Source: Chlorokybus atmophyticus (taxonomy: Eukaryota; Plantae; Mesostigma and Chlorokybus algae). Taken from it: a DNA stretch of 11,529 nt. The notes under the pieces were generated by a model that saw nothing but the letters and a program-made list of their open reading frames with translations, was not told where the DNA came from and did not search any database. Where the stretch lies: contig RHPI01003335.1 of NCBI GenBank assembly GCA_009103225.1, positions 1 through 11,529 of the forward strand, written 5' to 3'. Of this stretch, positions 7,490 through 11,529 are shown one piece after another. The translations under genes were made by a program, and so were the position numbers. The number at the start of each line of letters is the position of its first letter. Position 1 is the first letter of the stretch.

Positions 7490-10400
7490 CACGGATCAGG
7501 CTTAATACGGCAGCTCCACCACCTCCTGGGCAAAGCTGCCCAGGAGGCGGTGGAGGCGGCGGCGGCGGACGTCGTGGTGGAGGCGGAGAAGTAGGTTGTG
7601 GTAGTGCTAGTATAGCGATGGCCGCCGCGGAGGATGTGCGCAGCAGAATGTCCGCCGCCCTGCTGGGCATGTTTGTCGGGGACGCCCTTGCCATGCCCGT
7701 GCATTGGGTAAGCACAAGCAAGCAGCATTGCCAGTGGTCGTGTTCGTTGGCTGAACTGCATGCATGCTGGCTGGAATGCTTACTTGCTACTCTTCACATC
7801 GTTTGTCTATTGGGTGGTTTGTCCGGTTGTTTGTTGACCAGCTTGCCTGCCTGCTTGTGTACTTGCTTGTGCGTTTGTTTATGTGCGTGCTTGTTTATGT
7901 GTTTGTTGAGTTGGTTGTCTGTCTGTCTGTTTGGCTGTCTGCTTTCCTTCTGTGTTGCTTGTTTGCATGCATTCGTGCGTGCGCATACACACAATGGTCA
8001 GTTGACCAACAATGCAAGAAGGCTAAGTTGGCATGCACACACAGTTTCGGTTGTCTTTGTGTGACTGCTGCTTGAGCCTGCTAGTTGTCAATGCAGCTCA
8101 GTCGGTCTGCAAGACCATATTTGCGCACAAAGAAAATCAATAGGTCTAATCCAACCACTTTTTGTCAGACAGACTATCTGCATAACAACCTGTTGACAGC
8201 TGATGCGATTCAAATTCATGTGTGTGCTGCGCAGTATTACAGTACGGGTCTGCTCAAGCAAGACTACGGCGAGGTAAAAGGCTACCTGCAGCCCAAAAAG
8301 CACCACCCGCAATCAATGGTGCATTCGACGACTTACGAGCCAGCCGACGCTGACAAGTTCGACATACTTCATGACCAGGCCGTTCATTACGGCACCAAAG
8401 AAAAGGGCAGCGAGTATGAGCTTAACAAAGTGAGTGAGTCTTGTTATGATTGTGACAGCGTGTGATGTTGTGGTGTTGCGTATGAGATGTGATGACAGCT
8501 GTCTCAGGAAGGCGGGGGAGTTCTTCCATTATCATGGCAACCTGCCTGCGGGCGGCAACACTCTCAACTTACAGGTGTGTTGTAAAGTCATGTATACTGT
8601 AAAATCGGAGCATGCACCTCAGCGACTGCATATGCGTGCGTGCACATAACAACACTCATATGCGTATAGGTGCACGTGCGTGTGATGGCGTGCGTGCGCG
8701 TGCGCGTGTGTGTGTGTGTTTGCGCGTGCATTTGCGCGCGCAAGTGAGTGCGTGGGTGCGTGCGCAGGCTTGTACTCCAACCACCACATATATGTATACA
8801 CGCACGTGCACGCAATTGACACCGCAGGGTACACTATAATCTTGATGATGCATGTTCACCCCTTCATATTGGAGAATCTTAGGCATCCTCTCTTTTGCCA
8901 CAGTTGCTGCGTTTGCTCATGCGGACAATTGTGAAGAACGGCGGCAAGTACGATGCGCATCAGTACCTCGCTGCGTTCCGCGACTTCATGCTTACGGCCG
9001 GCAGCCATAAAGACACGTTTGTGGAAAGCTACATACGAAAGTACTTTGAGGCGTATTCAAGAGGCAAGGTAAGTGCAAATGGGCTCATTACTGTCTGTTT
9101 GCAAGCATGTGCTCAAGCACCGTGGGCCAAAAGATGGTGTAACTGTTTTGTGTGACTTAACTCTCAGTACAAACTCATGCAGTGGCAAATGTAATCAAAC
9201 TTATGCAGCCTGAGACAGAGTGCGCCATCTCGCAAAAAGAATTTTGGTCCATCGCGAGCATGAGCGGCTGCTTGACAGCTGTCCCCTTGACAATGCTCTT
9301 CCTTGGTGATGAAGCACAGTAAGTAAAGTTCTTGATGTGTTGATTATTGTTTGAATGTGGTGACTTCTCGTGTTAATCACTGTGTTTAGCTGCCCTTTTT
9401 TTATGGTTGTTATACGATTTTGTCCTGGTGTATGAGTTTCTGGTTTGCTTTGTGCAAAGCTTCTGCTCTGGTTTGATAAAGCTTGTATGTGCAGGGCAGA
9501 GAGTGTGGCGGTAGCGCACCATCGTTTGTTTCACAATTCTGAGACGGTGGAAGAGACGACGCGCGACATCTGCAAACTGCTCATGACCTTGTTGACAGCA
9601 GGCAGCAATAAGCCTTTGCCTCAGTTGCACAACGCTGCAGGCAGGTTATGTTGCCTGAGTGTATCAGCTGTTGAGGTGCTGCATGTGCGCATACGTGTGT
9701 GTGCATGTGCGCGCGCGCGCCCATGCACTAGTGCGTGTGTGCAAGTGCGCTTGCACACGTGTACATGTATGCAAATGTGTACATGTGTGCGTGCGTATGC
9801 GTGTGGGTGCGTGTGTGTGGCAGACCCACAAACAGCCACATTGTCATGCAGCAAGACAGCATTTGCCCAAAGCCACCGGCGACGAGATGTTGAAAAAGTA
9901 CCAGGAGGCGAACTCACCTTACAACATACCCGCTGACGAGATGTACAAGCTGCATAGAGACATGGAGGAGAACACCTTTGACATTGATGCAGCTCTGAAG
10001 CAACCCGTAGAAGAGGTACAAGCCCAAACTTTCTCCACCAGTGATACTGTGTATCACCATTCAAGGCATCGGTCCAATTAAGAACTTTCAACAACTTGTC
10101 AACAATTATTTGTGAGTGGGTGGATGGGTAAGTGGGTGCGCGCGCGCGCGTGTGCGTGCGTGTCCAACACATGTGTGCGTGCGTGTGGGACCCCACACGC
10201 ACGCACACATGTGCATGTACACACATATTCATATAAATAGAGGCAAGATGTTGGCACTTGACAGATCTATGTACTGCGTGATTTGTATGCATGTATGTTC
10301 AAGTGTGAGAATGGTTAAGCCTCTTAGTTCGTCACTGCATATGTCCATTTCAAGGTGTTGGGCAAGCGTTTGATGACCGCGTGCTACCCCGAGCATGGTT

Positions 10401-10888
10401 ACCCGGCGCTGCTGTATCTGGCGCTGAAGTGCGGTGGGGACTTTGAGGCCGCGCTGCTGGCGAACACGAACGCTGGCGGGGACAGCGTCCATCGCGGGGC
10501 TCTGCTCGGCGCGGTCCTTGGCGCAGCGGGTAAGCGCGCGACATTGACATGTGGCATTGACTACTCACACCTGTCGTGTGAGCACATCGTTTCGTGTACG
10601 TTCGCGCGTTGCTGTACGTGTGAGTGTGCGCCAAGACGCGTGTATGATTGCGCGGGTGCGCGCATTCGCGCGTTGGCTCTGTCTGTAATGTATATATGCT
10701 TTGTTTACTCTCTACTGTGTTGGTGTCAAGGTGGTATGCAGTCCATCCCGCAGCATCTCATTGACGGTCTAGCAGAGAGAGACGGCATCAAAGCGGATAT
10801 CGACGCGTTTGTTGAGCTTGCGTCAAGTAAGTACGAATTGATGCAGATGCTTCGCCAAGCGGATATCCCTTTTGGACTGATGAGATAA
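7378..10888 (+). CDS. ADP-ribosylglycohydrolase (DraG/ARH/crystallin-J1 fold) family protein, divergent clade, 9 exons, about 501 aa with putative transit peptide (about 421 aa from AUG 7618)
   Basis: Exons 7378-7707, 8235-8429, 8512-8574, 8904-9068, 9209-9318, 9495-9644, 9856-10015, 10355-10529, 10731-10888 (1506 nt). The boundaries of introns 2 and 6 have alternative in-frame solutions. Motifs: SAALLGMFVGDALAMPVHWYY, DILHDQA, HYHGNLPAGGNTLNLQ, FMLTAGSHKDTFVESY, TACYPEHGYPALLYLALK, DFEAALLANTNAGGDSVHRGALLGAVLGAA, IPQHLIDGL. The N-terminal GDA helix and C-terminal ANxGGD..GAxLGA..IP are family hallmarks. Confidence 0.9.
7514..7555 (+). other. GC-rich 19-bp hairpin (1 mismatch, AAGC loop) within ARH exon 1
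   Basis: CTCCACCACCTCCTGGGCA (7514-7532) / TGCCCAGGAGGCGGTGGAG (7537-7555); encodes PPPPGQSCPGGGG. Confidence 0.85.
7760..7985 (+). repeat. Degenerate tetranucleotide (TTGT/TTGC/CTGT) low-complexity tract in ARH intron 1
   Basis: gcttgcctgcctgcttgtgtacttgcttgtgcgtttgtttatgtgcgtgcttgtttatgtgtttgttgagttggttgtctgtctgtctgtttggctgtctgc; G recurs about every 4 nt. Confidence 0.75.
8630..8812. repeat. Alternating purine-pyrimidine (GT/GC) tract in ARH intron 3
   Basis: gcgtgcgtgcgcgtgcgcgtgtgtgtgtgtgtttgcgcgtgcatttgcgcgcgcaagtgagtgcgtgggtgcgtgcgc... Confidence 0.8.
9680..9820. repeat. Alternating purine-pyrimidine tract in ARH intron 6
   Basis: tgcatgtgcgcatacgtgtgtgtgcatgtgcgcgcgcgcgc...gtgcgtgcgtatgcgtgtgggtgcgtgtgtgtgg. 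Confidence 0.8.
10168..10213. repeat. Perfect 22-bp inverted repeat with 2-nt spacer in ARH intron 7
   Basis: CACATGTGTGCGTGCGTGTGGG (10168-10189) + AC + CCCACACGCACGCACACATGTG (10192-10213); exact reverse complements. Confidence 0.92.
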
Positions 10889-11123
10889 GTGTCCATTGGC
10901 GACCCAAAACTGCACAACACACGCTCTTCAGCCCTACTTATTTACTGTTTACATATCAATGCCTGTGCCCTGGCTTGCACCCTCCCTATCCGCTTATGAT
11001 ATTACCCTGTGTATTGTGACCAACTGTTAAGGGCTGAGGTTTTGTGCAAAGCTGTTAAACGACGCGTGCTTTGGCTTGCCGTTTAGAGTAAGGGCTTTAT
11101 TCTATGATGGCAGTAAGCTCTAT

Positions 11124-11175
11124 GTTGTGTTGTCCTCACGAGTACTGTGGCAAGTTGTGTCGTTGTCACGAGTAC
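11124..11175. repeat. Degenerate direct repeat, 30-bp period
   Basis: gttgtgttgtcctcacgagtac (11124-11145) versus gttgtgtcgttgtcacgagtac (11154-11175): 19/22 identical. Confidence 0.7.
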
Positions 11176-11360
11176 AGAACTCAAACTGTTGATTGGTCAC
11201 AAAGACTGCATGCATGTAGCTTTGAGCCTTCCAATCAGCTGACACACCAATAAACAAAGGGAGTCAAGCAGTGACATCATTATTCATTGGTGTGGAGCAC
11301 AACACAAGTGGGTATCTGCTTCGTAAGCACTTATGCGTGCCACTTTGCATTCAATTAAAC

Positions 11361-11421
11361 TCATGAAGAGGTAAGCAGCGATGGGTCTGCCCAGTTAACA
11401 AAGCTGATACCTTGGGCAGCG
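11361..11421 (-). CDS. Candidate terminal exon of a convergent gene extending beyond the window
   Basis: After the (GT)n tract on the minus strand, acceptor catcTAG is followed by xAAQGISFVNWADPSLLTSS* (TGA at 11363-11361). A minus-strand TGTAA lies at 10949-10953. Too short to identify. Confidence 0.25.
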
Positions 11422-11451
11422 CTAGATGTGGCACATAATTGAAGCGGGAGT

Positions 11452-11452
<1 letters not shown>

Positions 11453-11529
<77 letters not shown>
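11453..11529. repeat. (AC)38+ microsatellite running off the window end
   Basis: Uninterrupted AC repeat of 77 nt to the last base; probably an assembly break point. Confidence 0.98.

Noticed and set aside
7356-7761. Minus-strand ORFs with a charged KRRRGERRR segment as a possible BLI N-terminal basic motif
   Set aside because: They are the antisense shadow of the C/T-rich ARH exon 1 and do not match the recalled AGRRKLEQF motif.
8588-8934. Several short His/Thr/Arg/Cys/Val-rich ORFs here and in other introns (3212-3491, 9621-10292, 10116-10373)
   Set aside because: These are translation artefacts of alternating purine-pyrimidine tracts that lack stop codons.
7378-11300. Selenoprotein (SelJ-like) interpretation of the ARH-fold gene
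   Set aside because: No in-frame TGA occurs in any frame-consistent splice model, and no SECIS could be supported by eye.
1-11529. Mobile elements, viral genes, rRNA and tRNA
   Set aside because: No transposase, integrase, RT or capsid motifs, no LTR pair or long TIR-bounded element, and no RNA-gene signatures were seen on either strand.

Overview
Intron-rich eukaryotic nuclear DNA. GT-AG introns of about 80-800 nt, (GT/CA/GC)n intron tracts and TGTAA-type poly(A) signals point to a chlorophyte green alga, Dunaliella-like; this is inference from sequence style only. Three genes can be rebuilt by hand from splice sites. (1) A 5'-truncated BTB/POZ-BACK-like gene (+, 33-965) with two compensating frameshifts, probably a pseudogene. 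(2) A BLISTER-like coiled-coil gene (-, 2570-7228; 15 exons, about 604 aa) whose start codon appears split by an intron. (3) A divergently transcribed ADP-ribosylglycohydrolase (DraG/ARH-fold) gene (+, 7378-10888; 9 exons, about 501 aa) with a likely organellar transit peptide and a degenerate metal site. The most interesting area is the head-to-head junction (about 7230-7620): a promoter interval of at most 150 bp, a 16-bp palindrome, an out-of-frame uORF over the first AUG, and a strong hairpin before a second in-frame AUG. The ARH-like gene also uses AAG acceptors unusually often, and two introns hold long perfect inverted repeats. No transposase, RT, CRISPR, rRNA or tRNA was seen. Protein family calls rest on motifs recalled from memory, not on database searches.
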